From NCBI GenBank assembly GCA_008632985.1, contig QPGO01000001.1:364600-428599 (forward strand): a stretch of 64,000 nucleotides of DNA, read 5' to 3'. Under the pieces are notes generated by a model that was not told the origin of the DNA, ran no database searches, and worked only from the letters and a program-made list of their open reading frames with translations. A program made the position numbers and the translations under genes. Origin of the DNA: Psammoneis japonica (Eukaryota). Below, piece after piece: positions 25,899 through 43,494 of the stretch. Every line of letters starts with the position of its first letter. The first letter of the stretch is position 1.

Positions 25899-27428
25899 AT
25901 GAAGGAAACGTCCCCCTCAATCGCGCTTACAACGTACAACGCCATGGACAGCCGAAAAAGCAAAGCTGGCTTCAAACAACAGAGCACCGTCGAGACTGCT
26001 TCTGAGGAAGGCAGCGAAAGCGACTGGTCCTTTATGAACGAATCTCCCAATGATCATAATTATCATGCGGGTGGTCGTGAACTGCTGCAACTCGTCATGG
26101 TGGCTGCCGCGACGGCGGCAACACTGGGCTGTGATGTGGGCATCATGGCGGCTGCCATTCAGCCGTTAGAACGCGAAATGAATCTCACGGGGTTTCAAAA
26201 AGAACTTGCCATGGGATCGCTGAATTTTGTCGCTGCCGCAGGAGCACTTTGGGGTGGAGCCGTGGCGGATCGAAAAGGGCGGAAAGCGACGATAAAGTTG
26301 TGCGCCTGGGTCTTTATCGTCGGGACGCTGTGTATGGCGTGTGCTCCCAACTATGGCTTGCTACTGCTCGGCAGAATTGTCACTGGACTTGGTGTGGGAG
26401 TCAGTTTCATTGCAGCACCCGTGTTTATATCAGAAGTGGCTCCCACTGAACGAAGGGGACAGCTCAACACCATCTTTGATGTCGCCATAAATGGAGGAAT
26501 CCTGTTTGGCTACGTCGTCGGGTTTCTGGTGCAAGTCACGCCCTTTATTCCGGATTATTACAAGTGGAGAATCATGTTGGGGTTGGGATTAATTCTGCCA
26601 GCGATTGTTTTGTTGTGTCTTGCGATGCTGCCAGAATCTCCTCGGTGGCTCATGATGGTACATCAGAAGCCTGCAGCTATCCAAGTCATGAAAAGACTAG
26701 GGAATTCAGAAGACGAAATCAACGAAACCATAAACGCGATTGAGAATGAAATGCAGGCGCAACAGCAAGTCCAACAACAACGGCGAGAACACCATGAACC
26801 ATGGTGGCGGTTATCCTTTGGAGGATGGCTCGCGATCAAGCTTGGTTTCTGGCAGCAAGTTACTGGTGCAGAAGCTGTGCTATGTTACAGTGCCGACTTT
26901 TTGGCCCAAGCAGGCTTGGTGTCTCCGGCCAAGCGTTTGCTAGGCAATGTCTTTGTTGGCGTCTGTAAACTTGTACCTGAGCTGATTGCAATGAAAGTAG
27001 TGGATGGGATTGGGCGAAAACCGCTCATCTTTGGATCCGCAGTCGCGCTCACGACTACCACGGGTGCTTTGGCGTCCGCTTTTTGGTTGAATCTGTCACC
27101 GTACGTAGTTGTTGCACTCTTGTGCTCTGTAATGGCGTCATTTTCGGCGGGTTTGGGACCATTTACCTTTTTGGTGGTTTCGGAAAACCTGGATACCCAA
27201 GAACGAGCGTGGGGCATGACACTTGGTGCAGCTGCGAACCGATGCACATCGGGCACGGTTGCGTTGACTGCCGTGTCACTTTCAGGTCTCTTGGGGGTCG
27301 GTGGCTTCTTTGCCTTTTATGCCTTTATAGGCCTCGTCTCGCTGCCTTTCTACTATTGGCTCCCTGAAACGGCTGGAGTAAGCCTTGAGGAGCTTTCAGC
27401 AGCTAGATCACGCGGTCAGGGTCATTGA
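25899..27428 (+). CDS. MFS sugar porter family transporter
   Basis: DRKGRK, GRIVTGLGVG, PVFISEVAPTERRG, PESPRWL, WQQVTG, DGIGRK, LPETAG. The C-terminus may extend to ~27495 via a frameshift. Confidence 0.92.
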   Translation: MKETSPSIALTTYNAMDSRKSKAGFKQQSTVETASEEGSESDWSFMNESPNDHNYHAGGRELLQLVMVAAATAATLGCDVGIMAAAIQPLEREMNLTGFQKELAMGSLNFVAAAGALWGGAVADRKGRKATIKLCAWVFIVGTLCMACAPNYGLLLLGRIVTGLGVGVSFIAAPVFISEVAPTERRGQLNTIFDVAINGGILFGYVVGFLVQVTPFIPDYYKWRIMLGLGLILPAIVLLCLAMLPESPRWLMMVHQKPAAIQVMKRLGNSEDEINETINAIENEMQAQQQVQQQRREHHEPWWRLSFGGWLAIKLGFWQQVTGAEAVLCYSADFLAQAGLVSPAKRLLGNVFVGVCKLVPELIAMKVVDGIGRKPLIFGSAVALTTTTGALASAFWLNLSPYVVVALLCSVMASFSAGLGPFTFLVVSENLDTQERAWGMTLGAAANRCTSGTVALTAVSLSGLLGVGGFFAFYAFIGLVSLPFYYWLPETAGVSLEELSAARSRGQGH

Positions 27429-27879
27429 GGCGCAGTCATCCTCACAAATGGTCGAACTCATGGACGATGAAATGCCCGAGTGGCAAACTAGCTAGAATTG
27501 ATGTCGAAGCTGCTGTAACAATGCACATGTATGAACCAAGGCAGTTGATCGACCTGCCAGGAGCAATGTATTTTGCCAGCGCACTTTGCATCTTCCATTC
27601 CGGATTCACCATTAGAGGTGGCATCTACGCATTCTTCTCGTCACCTCGCGCATCGAGTCTCTCGTCGACGATCCAAGGCAGAGAGAACCACTCAAAAAGG
27701 TACCAGACGGTCGTTGGTTTTGTACATTCTTGATCATCATCAGCAACATCAAATGAATTGCAGAGGCTTGACCATTGTCCTACGGCCATTGCTGTTGACG
27801 AGCTTGTACGGTGCCGCAATCCTGAAGTTCTCGATGGGGCTAACAAATGCAAGGTTTTTGCCAAGTACAGGAGGAGAAC

Positions 27880-30800
27880 AATGGCACCAATGACAGCATT
27901 TCTGCTTGACCTCTCTCTTGCGTGATTTGCTTCATGTCCATTTTTGAATGCTCTAAAATTGCAAATGTGCAGAGTGGCATGTGCATCATGCATCCAAAGA
28001 ATCTCAACTCTCTGCAGCTTAGAGATTGCACATGGCATGAGCCATCTTCATCCCAGTCCATTTGGTTCCCTTTTGGCATGCACCAGAAGACTCAAGTGTC
28101 CCCATCGTTGTGACAGGCAGTCTGCTGCCATGTGCTGACAAAGCCAGGAGCAGCACCAGAGCTGCAAGGTCTTGCCCAGAGATGAGCTGGAGCGCATCAC
28201 CCTTCACGGCACAGAGGCAGCACCGGAGGCTCCATCTGCCACAATGGACAATTTGTGGGCAAAATCTAGACCCAAAGAAGTGGCCACTTTTCATTGCTGG
28301 CTGTGCCACTTGGTCTGCAGTTCCAGCTGCAAGCACAGCCACTTGGGTGCAGAGTTCTCACAACCATGATAGAGTCTTTCTTGTCATTTGTGTGAGTCTT
28401 CCTTTTCAAGGCAATCAAGCATTCATTTGCTCCATCAAAGCAAGCACAGAGCAGCGCAGTTTTTGACCAAGAAAAAATTCTGGCAATCAACACAATGATG
28501 ACAGCCTGCTGCCACACACAACAGCACAGATTGCCCACTTGCTTGCTCAAGCAATGCCAGCTGGTGCTTTGCTGAGAACTGTCAGGAATGGTGGTGCCAG
28601 CAAAGTTTGGCTGTGGTTTTTCTTGCCTGTCTTGCTGCTCTGCTGCTGTTCTCTTTTTTCCACAGGGGGGCGGCTCTGGCCAGCAAGCTCATGTCCCATG
28701 TGGTCTGCCCAGCTGAGCAAGCAATCAGCATCCTTTGCTTGGACCTCACTTCCCACTGAGTGGCTGCTGCCCACTGCCATCAGCACCATTGCTGATGCTG
28801 TTGTGACCTTGCATTGCCACACAAGCAGCCCTGCTCTCAAACCTGATGTGAGTGTGAGTGCCACAGCTGGCAGCTGGCAGCTGCACAGTTGACCTCTCTG
28901 ACAGATGGTTGGCTGCTCATTTTCTTGCATTTGTCTTGGCATGTCCTTTGTCCCATTGCTGTGTGTCATTTTTGCACAACTTGCAGCACCTTGCACTGCT
29001 CAGGTTCAAGCAAAAAAAAAGGCTCAAGCAGAGTGCATGTAGTGGCTCTAGACTTGCTCATTGTTTTCAAATCAGCAGGAACAAACAATTTTTCATGTTG
29101 TGCAAATGACTCAGCTCTGCTTCCTCGGGATGGCCTGGCTGCAACTCAAAGATTGTTGCTGAAAGCTGCTCCCACTGTGCTTTTTCATGCATCTGCATGG
29201 ACAAAAATGCATGTGATGGCTTCCAAGCTGAACTGCCTGGGGCCTCTTTTTTCTGGGTGCTGAGGAGGTGTGTGTTTTGTGCTTCTGCAGCAACAGTGCT
29301 TCCCTTCCATCTGGGTGAAAGAGAGCACAACTTCTTGACATTCATCTTTTGCTTGCTGCTGCTCTCATGGCCATTTTGCTGAGGATTTTCTCAGTTGTTG
29401 TTGTTTGCTGTTTTTGATCTGAGCAAAGTTGTCAAACTTGTGGCAGCTCAAAAATCATTGGCACCCATTGCCAATGGTGTTGGTTGTTTCTGAGTGGGGT
29501 GTTGGTTGTTTCTGAGTGCCTCTTTTGGATGCACAGCCCCGTTTGCTGACCTGCACTCTCTAAATGGGGGCAAGCTGTCAACTTGATGAACAATTCCTTG
29601 TTTTGGCACTTTCTCAAAGAATGTCAACCAAAACTGCTGCAACCTGATGTTCCTTCAATCACCACTCTTGGCAAGAACAGTTGGTCCTCCATCATGTGAG
29701 GCTGCAATGTGTCTCTTGTGACCCGCTGAGAGCCAACTGGTGCAGCCTTGGAGGCTCTCATTGTCCCTCTGCTTGGCTCCAAGCACAGCACTGGTGGGGT
29801 TGGCAACAACCATTGTCATCTTGCAATGACCTTCTTTGAAAAAAACTCAAAGTGTGCTCCTTGGTTGCCTGCCTGCCTGCCTTGGGGAGAGTGCAGTGGG
29901 CTCATTTTTGACTTTGCTCTCAAAGCCCAACATTGGTTGAGTTTTGTTCTTCATCAACTTGGGGAGCACCTCTTCCAGAGCAAGGAACAAGCCTTGATGA
30001 GGCTGTTTTTGCAGGTCCAGGTTCTGCACCACACTCCATCTTGAACTCAACCTCAAGTTGCTTGTTGACAGGAGCATCAGTCTTCTTGTTGCAAGCCTGG
30101 CTCTGATCTTGGCCTGGAATGCCTGTGGCTCCCCCACCTCTGAACATCAAGATGACCTCAGAGAGCCATGGGCTTGCTCCCTGGTGAGACTGAGAGTGGA
30201 TCCTCCAAGGAAGGGGGCACCACTCAATGCTGTGGATCCAAAATCCCTGTTGAAAGGGTTTGGCTGCCCCTGAAAGCTGGCGCGTGTGGATTGTTGGCAT
30301 GTTCGCTGGCTGTGGCAACCCTGAAAACATGCACAGAACATGACAACCAACAGTGATGGACGTGCTCATGAAAAAAATGGTGAATTCAAAAATCTCATGG
30401 AAAATGAACTCTGCTGTGGATCATGTTGCAAATCACAGAGCCAGGGGCTTTGGCAACACACTGTCAACCCACATTGGGCACGGGGAGGCAGAGCAAGCAG
30501 GAGCTGCTTCAACAATGTCAGCCATGGGGAGAGGCCACAATGGTGCCATCAACAGCAGTCACATGCTGCAGGTGGTGCAAAAGCACAGCATTGTGCCTGC
30601 CAGCCAGGCAGGCTGACATTGCATTGTTTGTGATGCAGCCCTGCAGCACAAAAAAGGTGTGTCCATGACACAAGGAAATCAGATGTTGCGACAGGGATCT
30701 TCATCAACAAAGGAAAACACAAGTTTCAAAAAAGCATTTTATAAAGGCTGGACATCTGCACTGTTCAAAATGACCACATCAAACAAATCTGCAGCTGGAT

Positions 30801-33090
30801 GTCATCATTGTTCAAATTCAAAATTAAAAACTTCAGCAACAAACATTTCCAGCACCTGCAAACAGCAACCATGAAAGATTTGAAAACTGCCAAGGACACA
30901 TCTCCAATGGAGCTGCAACCAACAGACAAATCAACTTTTTGATCGAACATTGGACATGAAGCATGAACAACCAGAGTGCTGTGCCGGGGGCAGACTTGGT
31001 CATCCTTCAGGACCCCCAAACCATCATGGCCAGAATGACACAGACAATGAATCGGCTGGATGCCACAGACAAGAGAAACAATCAAAATTGATGCTGCAAG
31101 GTTTGCTTTAAGATGCAGAATGGCAAACTGAGCAGGCTAAGGAGGACAAAGACATTGAAGAGGCAAGTGCTGTGTGCCACATGTGTGTCTTGCATTGTCG
31201 TTTCCTTTGACAACAAGAGCGGCACATGGCTCTCTCATTGTTGCAAATGTCATTCACAGGCAACCAAGAAAGCAGGGGCAACATTGATGCAGATGGCACA
31301 GGAAAAGAAAAGATTTGCACTGGGCAAGGCTTTGACAGGAATGAAGGAAGAATGAGCGGTGGATGTTTGTTCAGCAATCAAAGATGAGTGCCAGCACAGA
31401 CAGCAGCATGGAGGATTGCTCAACGTTGTTCACCAAGAACTCTTCAAAGTGTGCCCTGCAGAGTCTGAGTGTGAGGATCAATGTGATTGTGTGAAGAGCA
31501 ACAAGAAATGGCACAGTCAAAGGCATGTGGTGTCAGCTGAAAAGAGTGGTTGTGACGGCAGTGCAATGGTGTGTGTGGTGTTGCAAAAAACAAAATGGTG
31601 AGGCTGACAATCTCTCATTTGAGCCAGGTGGTTCTTGGGGAAAACAGCAGGGGGCTGCAAATCTGACACATTTGCGACATGATGTCATGCTGTCATGCAC
31701 AAGAAAACTGACATTGCAGAATGATGTCATGGGATGGCATTGCATGGTCATGCAAAAAGAAAATCTGACATTGCAGAATGATGCCACAGAAACACAGGTC
31801 AAGTGACATGCCTCAACATGGAGACACTTGAGATGGTGCAAATGGGGTGGGAAACCCTCAAGTTGCGGCATGACCACTCGACATGTGGCAGTGGAGGGGT
31901 GCAAGGGCAGGACATGTTGAGGGTAAAAAGGGTCCACCAAGATGGGCCCAACTTGGGGGGATGCATTTTCTGTGGAGTCAGCTCCTTGGTGCCTCCACAG
32001 GGAAAGCCAGAGTCTTCAAGGCTTCTGCGTGGCACTTTGCAGTGGCTTCACAATCAAAAGCTTGCTTGGAAGAGAGCAGGCATGACAACAGTGGTGGTTG
32101 ATGCCCCCTCATTTGCAGCACCAGGCTTGTGGCCACTGCCCCCCTTGTTCCTTCTTCCTGAGGAACCTCTCCCCTGGCCTCAGCTGGAACTTCTGCCCAG
32201 TTCTCTTCCACTCATGTTGGGCAGGAGGCAAAGTGACAAGAAGGTCTCACCCTTTGTGAGGTGGCTCTCTCTTTTTTTTTGTGACTTTGCAACTCTCAGC
32301 CAGCAGGCTGAGCCTCTCTTTTAGATCTGTTGAAGCCATTTCCTCCTTTCAGCAGCTGGTTCTTCTTGTGAGCTGCTTCAGCCCTCTGTAAGTGGGTCGG
32401 ATGCTTGGCAGGAAATGAACAATGGATTGCATGTGACTTGTCCCCATGAGTTAAAAGAGATTGATGGCTGCTTCCAGGCAGCTTGCACATGCTTCGCATG
32501 GAGTGCATCAGTGTCAACACATGCACTCTGATCTTGGACAAGTCACTGTCAGATGTTGATGTCTGAGCTTTTCGGTCACTGAAAAAGATTGATTTGCCAA
32601 ATGAAAATGTCTGCAAACAATGTCAGCATGATAAGATGGAAAAAAATTGTGTGGCAGAATGGCTGAATTGAACACACCACCTTCAGATTTTGGTTTAGAT
32701 GGGTGTGGGTTGGAGCACAGCACATTGCCTCCATTGTGAGGAAGCACCACAAAGCTTTGCAACAATGTGGCAGCCAACACAGAAGATGTGTGGTTGATGA
32801 AGAGGTCTGGCAGTCAACCCCAAGGAGCCCAAAGACAAGCTGCAGGTGTGTCAGTGCAGCACCTCATCAGTCATGCGCTTTCCCCATTTTGGCTTGGTTT
32901 GAGCCCTTGTGCAAAGAAGGCACTGCAAATTGCAAGGTTGGCAAAATGTGTGCCTTGCCCACCAATGAAGCCATGCCAAGCACCAAATTTTGTTTTCTCT
33001 TGATGCTGTGGAAGCTTTGCACCTGTCAAAGAAAGATGAGATGCAGCTGCACTGCTCAGTTGATGGAAGAAGAAAAGGAAGAGCTCAAAA
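27880..33090. other. Heavily decayed repeat block lacking TpA and CpG
   Basis: Extreme TG/CA excess; no identifiable protein. Confidence 0.5.
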
Positions 33091-33227
33091 AACCGTAAAA
33101 TCATTCACAAGTCCAAGGCAGTCTAGAGCATAGGACCTCCCCAGAGAGGTTCCTTCAGCGCAATCTAAACGAACTTGTCAGATTTCTAATGGTCTTTATC
33201 ACCTTCTAGTTCCTCTCCTGTCAGCTG

Positions 33228-34516
33228 TCAGTCAGTTGATCGAGCGGTAAGAATGCAAGCCAGCACAATCAAAACTCCACCGAGCATTCCTTCCCAGCTG
33301 AGAACTTCTCCCAATGTCAAATAGGCAAAGAGAGACCCAAACACACCGATCGATGTCATGATCAGTGTGAGTTCGGTGGCTGTTACGGCTGTCAATGCCA
33401 CAGTTTCCATGTACAGTGCCAGTGCGGTCGATATCAGCCCTGTCCAGAGTAAATCTGTCACCAACAAACTGTTTGAGAGCCACTGTTGTAGCAATGCAAT
33501 GCTTGAACTGTCGAATAGTAGCCAATAAAATATCGATCCTGCAGCAATGCCCCAGAGTTGAAAGACCGTTACTACATCACTCTTGTCTGGAAAACGAGCA
33601 GAGATGCTCTCCAGTCGCCAATACCCAATACCAAACATTAAGGCTTGTCCGAGACAAAACAAGAGTCCCACCGGCGAATCCGAGGAGACTGCGACCGCTG
33701 AAGTTTCGGTGGTGCCGAGGATTAAGGAAGTTGCGGTATGTCCCCATTCCAACAACGCCATACCACCAACTGCCATTCCAATAGAGGTAACAGTAGAAGG
33801 CTTGAGATCTTTCTTCTTGAACAAACAATCCAGAACGGGAACCACAACAACAGCCAAAGCGTTGAGAAATGCACTCTTTCCCGCATCCACTGACTGCAAA
33901 CCGTACGCCTGGCAAAGGTACCCTGCCCAGTACCATGCGCCGGTCTCGGCTCCTCCTATTGCAGCTGAAATATCATTTTGTAGCCAATTCTCCACCATAT
34001 TCGTGCCAACACTCTCGGATTGTTTTCCCTTGTTGTTGTTCTGGCGCACCGCTAGAGTCCCTGCAGTGCACGCAATGGCAGCAATCGTAAACCGCACTGC
34101 GGCGCTCGCGGACAAGGACATGTCTTGCTGCTCCATCAACTTGACCACCGCAAAATTTGTTCCATAGATAGCAGCAGCTATCCAAACCAGTAATCTACCC
34201 TGCCAAACAGAAATCTGATTTGGGGGGTTACGGACAAAATCATCAATCGTACCTTCGCTTGCTACTAGGAAAGATACGTCATTAGTGCTGTTCTGCGTCA
34301 GAGGTATAGTGGCTGTCTTCAAAGGAGCAACAGCCGATCTTCGCTGTTCTTCATGAATAGACAAGAGCCATGATGGCGACACAGCACTCGACTGTTTTCA
34401 TCAAGATGTTGTCGGCCATTTCGGGGGATGAACAACCTGGGCGCAAATGAGTGAACCTTGTAAAACCACGACAAGAACGCCCAAACTGCCAGTGTTTTCT
34501 CAAAAGAGACGCGCAT
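33228..34516 (-). CDS. EamA/DMT family transporter, probably plastid-targeted (frameshift near 34385)
   Basis: IYGTNFAVVK, RFTIAA, QAYGLQSVDAGKSAFL, LFAYLTLGE. Leader MRVSFEKTLAVWAFLSWFYKVHSFAP lies in the adjacent frame. Confidence 0.85.
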
Positions 34517-34959
34517 CTTTTAGTGTTGAGCTGAAGACGAGAAAATGGAGACAGAGGGATCGATTTCTGTTTTATTCTGCAGCTTTCTCACATGCGTTGA
34601 CGATCGAAAGAAAAGCTTTGTTGGCTCGTGAGAATTTGGAAATTTGGATATTTCAGAGTAGGCCTTGGATAGCGGGGTGCGGGGGAGGGGCGCTTTTTCC
34701 CTGTGATCGTGCCACGTAGACTCTACGTAGCATGTGAAGTATGTACACCTGTGGCCCAAGCAAGTAATCGTTCAAAGTGCACATGCGCGCGCGGAGTGCG
34801 GAGCCCCGCTGCAGGGGGGCGTATTCTTTCAAAAATCGCCCCGACATGTCCAAAGGCCTGTTGAGAGTGAGCGCGCTGGCACCCGGGAAAAGGCACCGGG
34901 GAGAAGCGCTTTGGCCCATTGTCATAACACACAATGAGCTCTGCCATTTAAGACTTGAC

Positions 34960-40100
<5,141 letters not shown>

Positions 40101-40487
40101 GGCACTGCTGGCTAGAGTGGAGCTGGCATTAGCCACCAGAGTAGAGAGCAGCTGCACTCTCCACTAGAGAGTAGAGCAGTGGCTGTGCTGCTACAGCAGC
40201 TCTCTTGGCAGCTAGTAGAGCTGCTTCTCTAGCTCTGCCTAGCTAGAGTGGCCATCTAGCAGCTCCACGTTCGCCCGAGAACAGCACACATGGCCAAACG
40301 ACATAATTCCTTCTGTGATGTGTTGAGCCGCTGTGATGATGTGCGTTTTGCGGAGTTTCATTGCAGACAATACCGTGCTTTCATCTTGGTTATTGTTTTT
40401 TGTTAGGGCTACGTTCCAGTAAAACACACACAAATATTCCAGTCCCGTTGCAATAAAACAGAGATTCCAAAGCAAAAAAAAAAGAAC

Positions 40488-41066
40488 ATGCCCTCCAACA
40501 ACAACAACATCAAGGTTGTCTTGTTGGGTGAATCCGGAGTGGGCAAGAGCAGTTTAGCTCTGGTGTTTTGTACGAATGAATTTCGTCCGTACTCGGAATC
40601 CACCATTGGTGCAAGTTTCATGTCCAAGACGCTGGACAATGGTGTGTCGTTTAACATTTGGGATACGGCAGGACAAGAAAAGTACCATTCGTTGGCACCC
40701 ATGTATTATCGTGGTGCCGCCGCGGCCGTACTCGTCTTTGATTTGCTCTCGTTAAATTCGTTTGAATGCATCAAGAATTGGGTAAAGGAACTACAGTCCA
40801 ACGGACCGCCCGATATTGTCTTGTGCGTGTGTGGGAACAAGACGGATTTGGCAGAACATCGGCAAGTATCCGCGGAGGATGCACAAGCCTATGCCAATGA
40901 GGTTGGAGCAGCCTTTTATATAGAAACGTCCGCACGAGACCATGTCAATGTGAATGAATTGTTTGAACAAATATCAAAACATGTGCCAGTCACGTCGAGT
41001 CAACATCAAGAGGATGGATTGGATTTGAGATATCAAGAAGGAGGAACGAGAAGTGGGTGTTGCTGA
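40488..41066 (+). CDS. Rab5/Rab22-family small GTPase
   Basis: GESGVGKS, ESTIGASF, WDTAGQEKYHSLAPMYYRGA, GNKTD, ETSA, C-terminal CC. Confidence 0.95.
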   Translation: MPSNNNNIKVVLLGESGVGKSSLALVFCTNEFRPYSESTIGASFMSKTLDNGVSFNIWDTAGQEKYHSLAPMYYRGAAAAVLVFDLLSLNSFECIKNWVKELQSNGPPDIVLCVCGNKTDLAEHRQVSAEDAQAYANEVGAAFYIETSARDHVNVNELFEQISKHVPVTSSQHQEDGLDLRYQEGGTRSGCC

Positions 41067-41530
41067 AACTATAATCGTTATTGCGGCTAGTACAATCCTA
41101 ACAGTGCTGTTTTGACATGTAATGATCATTCCGAAAATACGTCCACCATCAGTTTTATGCTTGATGCTTTGCAGGCTTCTTCTTCTAGAAGCTACTCGTA
41201 AGTATCTCCACATGTGTAGCTACGATCTCCACTTCATACGATCTCCACCAAAATATCGTTCCTAAAGCTCAATTCTTAGTTCACACCGTAACACAAAAGT
41301 TGCGGAAAAGAGGTATTGCAAGAGTGATCATGCAGAATATTCATGCAGTGGTATTTCGGACTCGAGTAGCCTATCCTATTTGCCAAGAAACAAAGTGGCT
41401 GTCGATACCGGTACGTCATACTCGTACCAGTAGTCTTTCGCAAGACAAAGAAAAGTTGGTATGCAAAAACGAGTGTCTCTCTAGATTACTCGTCGCCTAT
41501 AGCTATAACAACATATTATTATGCACTCGC

Positions 41531-43304
41531 TCAATCCAATTCAAGAATGACACCACCCGACGCACTGACCGTTACCTCCTTGTCTTGGTAGTGATCCACG
41601 TTTTCTTTCGCAAAGCACGGTTGGCCTGTATCAAAGACAACGTACTCCCACAAGCTCTGGTGATCGGTATCAATGACATTGCGCTTATTGACCAAGAGAC
41701 GGATGGGTACGTAGCATTCTCGTGTATTGACGGATCCCACCACAAAGGATGTAAAGCCCGCAAAGGCACCGTGAACGGCATTGTGAGCAAGCTGTGTGCA
41801 ATAGACATTGTCCGCCGTGTTGGGAGGGACACCTCGGACCATGTAGCTTGGATCAATGTATTTAATATAAACCGAGTCGCCGTGTTTGGTTTTCCCATCC
41901 AGTTTGGCATTGAGTTGAGTCTTGAGTTTCTCAGCCAACCAGGGGCCAATGTCATTCAAGAGGACATTGCCCGAAAGATCTTTTTCTTCATTCTTCATCA
42001 TGTCTTGCTCCATTAGTTTTTGTCCGGCACCTTCGGCGACCACCACAACAGCCTTGTCGTTTTGTAGCAAGCGTTCGGCAAGATGATCTACAATACCGCC
42101 CTTTCCGTCTAAATAGAAATCCACTTCTGGGACCAAACACAAATCCACGATGCGGCTGCCCAGGGTGGAATGCATGGCGATAAACCCAGAGTTGCGCCCC
42201 ATGACCTTGACTATTCCTAGACCAAGCGGAAACCCTTCGGCTTCTACATGAGCTACATTGATGGCACTTCGTGCGGCTTCTACTGCCGTTTCAAAACCAA
42301 AGGTTCGATCAACTGTGCGTAACGAATGGCAAATACAAAGTGAGTGTCACGCACAAAGGTGAAGTTGAGAGCAATACGCAAAACACAACACGTACTCAAT
42401 GGGATATCATTGTCAATCGTCTTGGGAATGACAGCAACGGCTAGGTTGACACCACGGTTCTTGACTTCTTCTGCAATTTTTGCGGCACCTCGTAGGGTTC
42501 CATTCCACCGACGACAAACAAGAGATTGATATTTTGCTCCACCAACGAATCCACAATGGCCTTGGTATCGTGTCCTCCACGAGACGATCCCAATATGGAC
42601 CCGCCCAAGTTGTGAAAATTCGCAACGGTATTTTCATCCAGAGAAATCCACAAGGATGGATCGAGAAATCCCCGATACCCTTCTTGAATCCCATAGACTT
42701 GATCGACGCCGTATTGACGCAAAAGGCACATGGCAACTTCTCGTACAACCGTGTTGAGACCGGGACATAAACCACCACACGTGACAATGGCGGCTCGACT
42801 CGTGTCGGGACAAAAGGCAATTTCGTTTCGAGGACCCGCCAAACGAAAAGCGGGAGCGGCGGCTTGTTCATCAATAATACAAGTCTGGTGTACATCGACA
42901 TTGACACGAGCCGCAACGGCGGCATCCTCCTCGACAAACCATGACTCGGGAATGTTGTCCTTGAGTGAAAGAGGATTCGGAAACAACATGATGTTGTGTG
43001 GTGCTGTACCAGATGGATCGTAAATCCTATCCACGTCTTCAATCTTCCACAGTGGTACGTCGTAGTCTTCGTCTATGGCTTCAGCATTATCGTGTTCTTC
43101 GGGGACCAACTTATTGGAGGTAAATATCTGCAAGTGACGGTGGATTTTGACTGTTCGGATAGATGGTGGTGTAAGGGTAAATGCAGTTGTTACAAAGGTA
43201 CGTTGGTTCATGGATAACGCAAGTGCCAATGTGGTAATGAACACCTGCGGCGACGCCCACTGTGCTTTCTTATTGGTGCGTAGTATTAGTGTCGGTGAAA
43301 ACAT
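41531..43304 (-). CDS. PFK: 6-phosphofructokinase (GGDG + PKTIDND type, likely ATP-dependent) with plastid-type leader; one intron; frameshift near 42505
   Basis: IVTCGGLCPGLN, GGSILGSSRGG, PKTIDNDIPL/IDRTFGF across intron 42313-42395, MGRNSGFIA, KYIDPSYMVR. GGDGT is restored by adding one base. Confidence 0.92.
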
Positions 43305-43494
43305 GATTGCGCAGAATAACTTTGATGAGAGCCGACAACTAAAATAGATTCGGATCCCTGTTCAATGGTGTCTTCTTCTCTCTCCGACAGCAGTCGCCAA
43401 AATATTCACTTGCATCTGACGAATTAATCGGAAGGAAGAAAAGCGAAAGATGTGATGTCGTTTCATTGACACTCAGTGGTTGGTGATTGCAGAC

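Noticed and set aside
41300..42016. 238-aa plus-strand ORF
   Set aside because: Antisense shadow of PFK.
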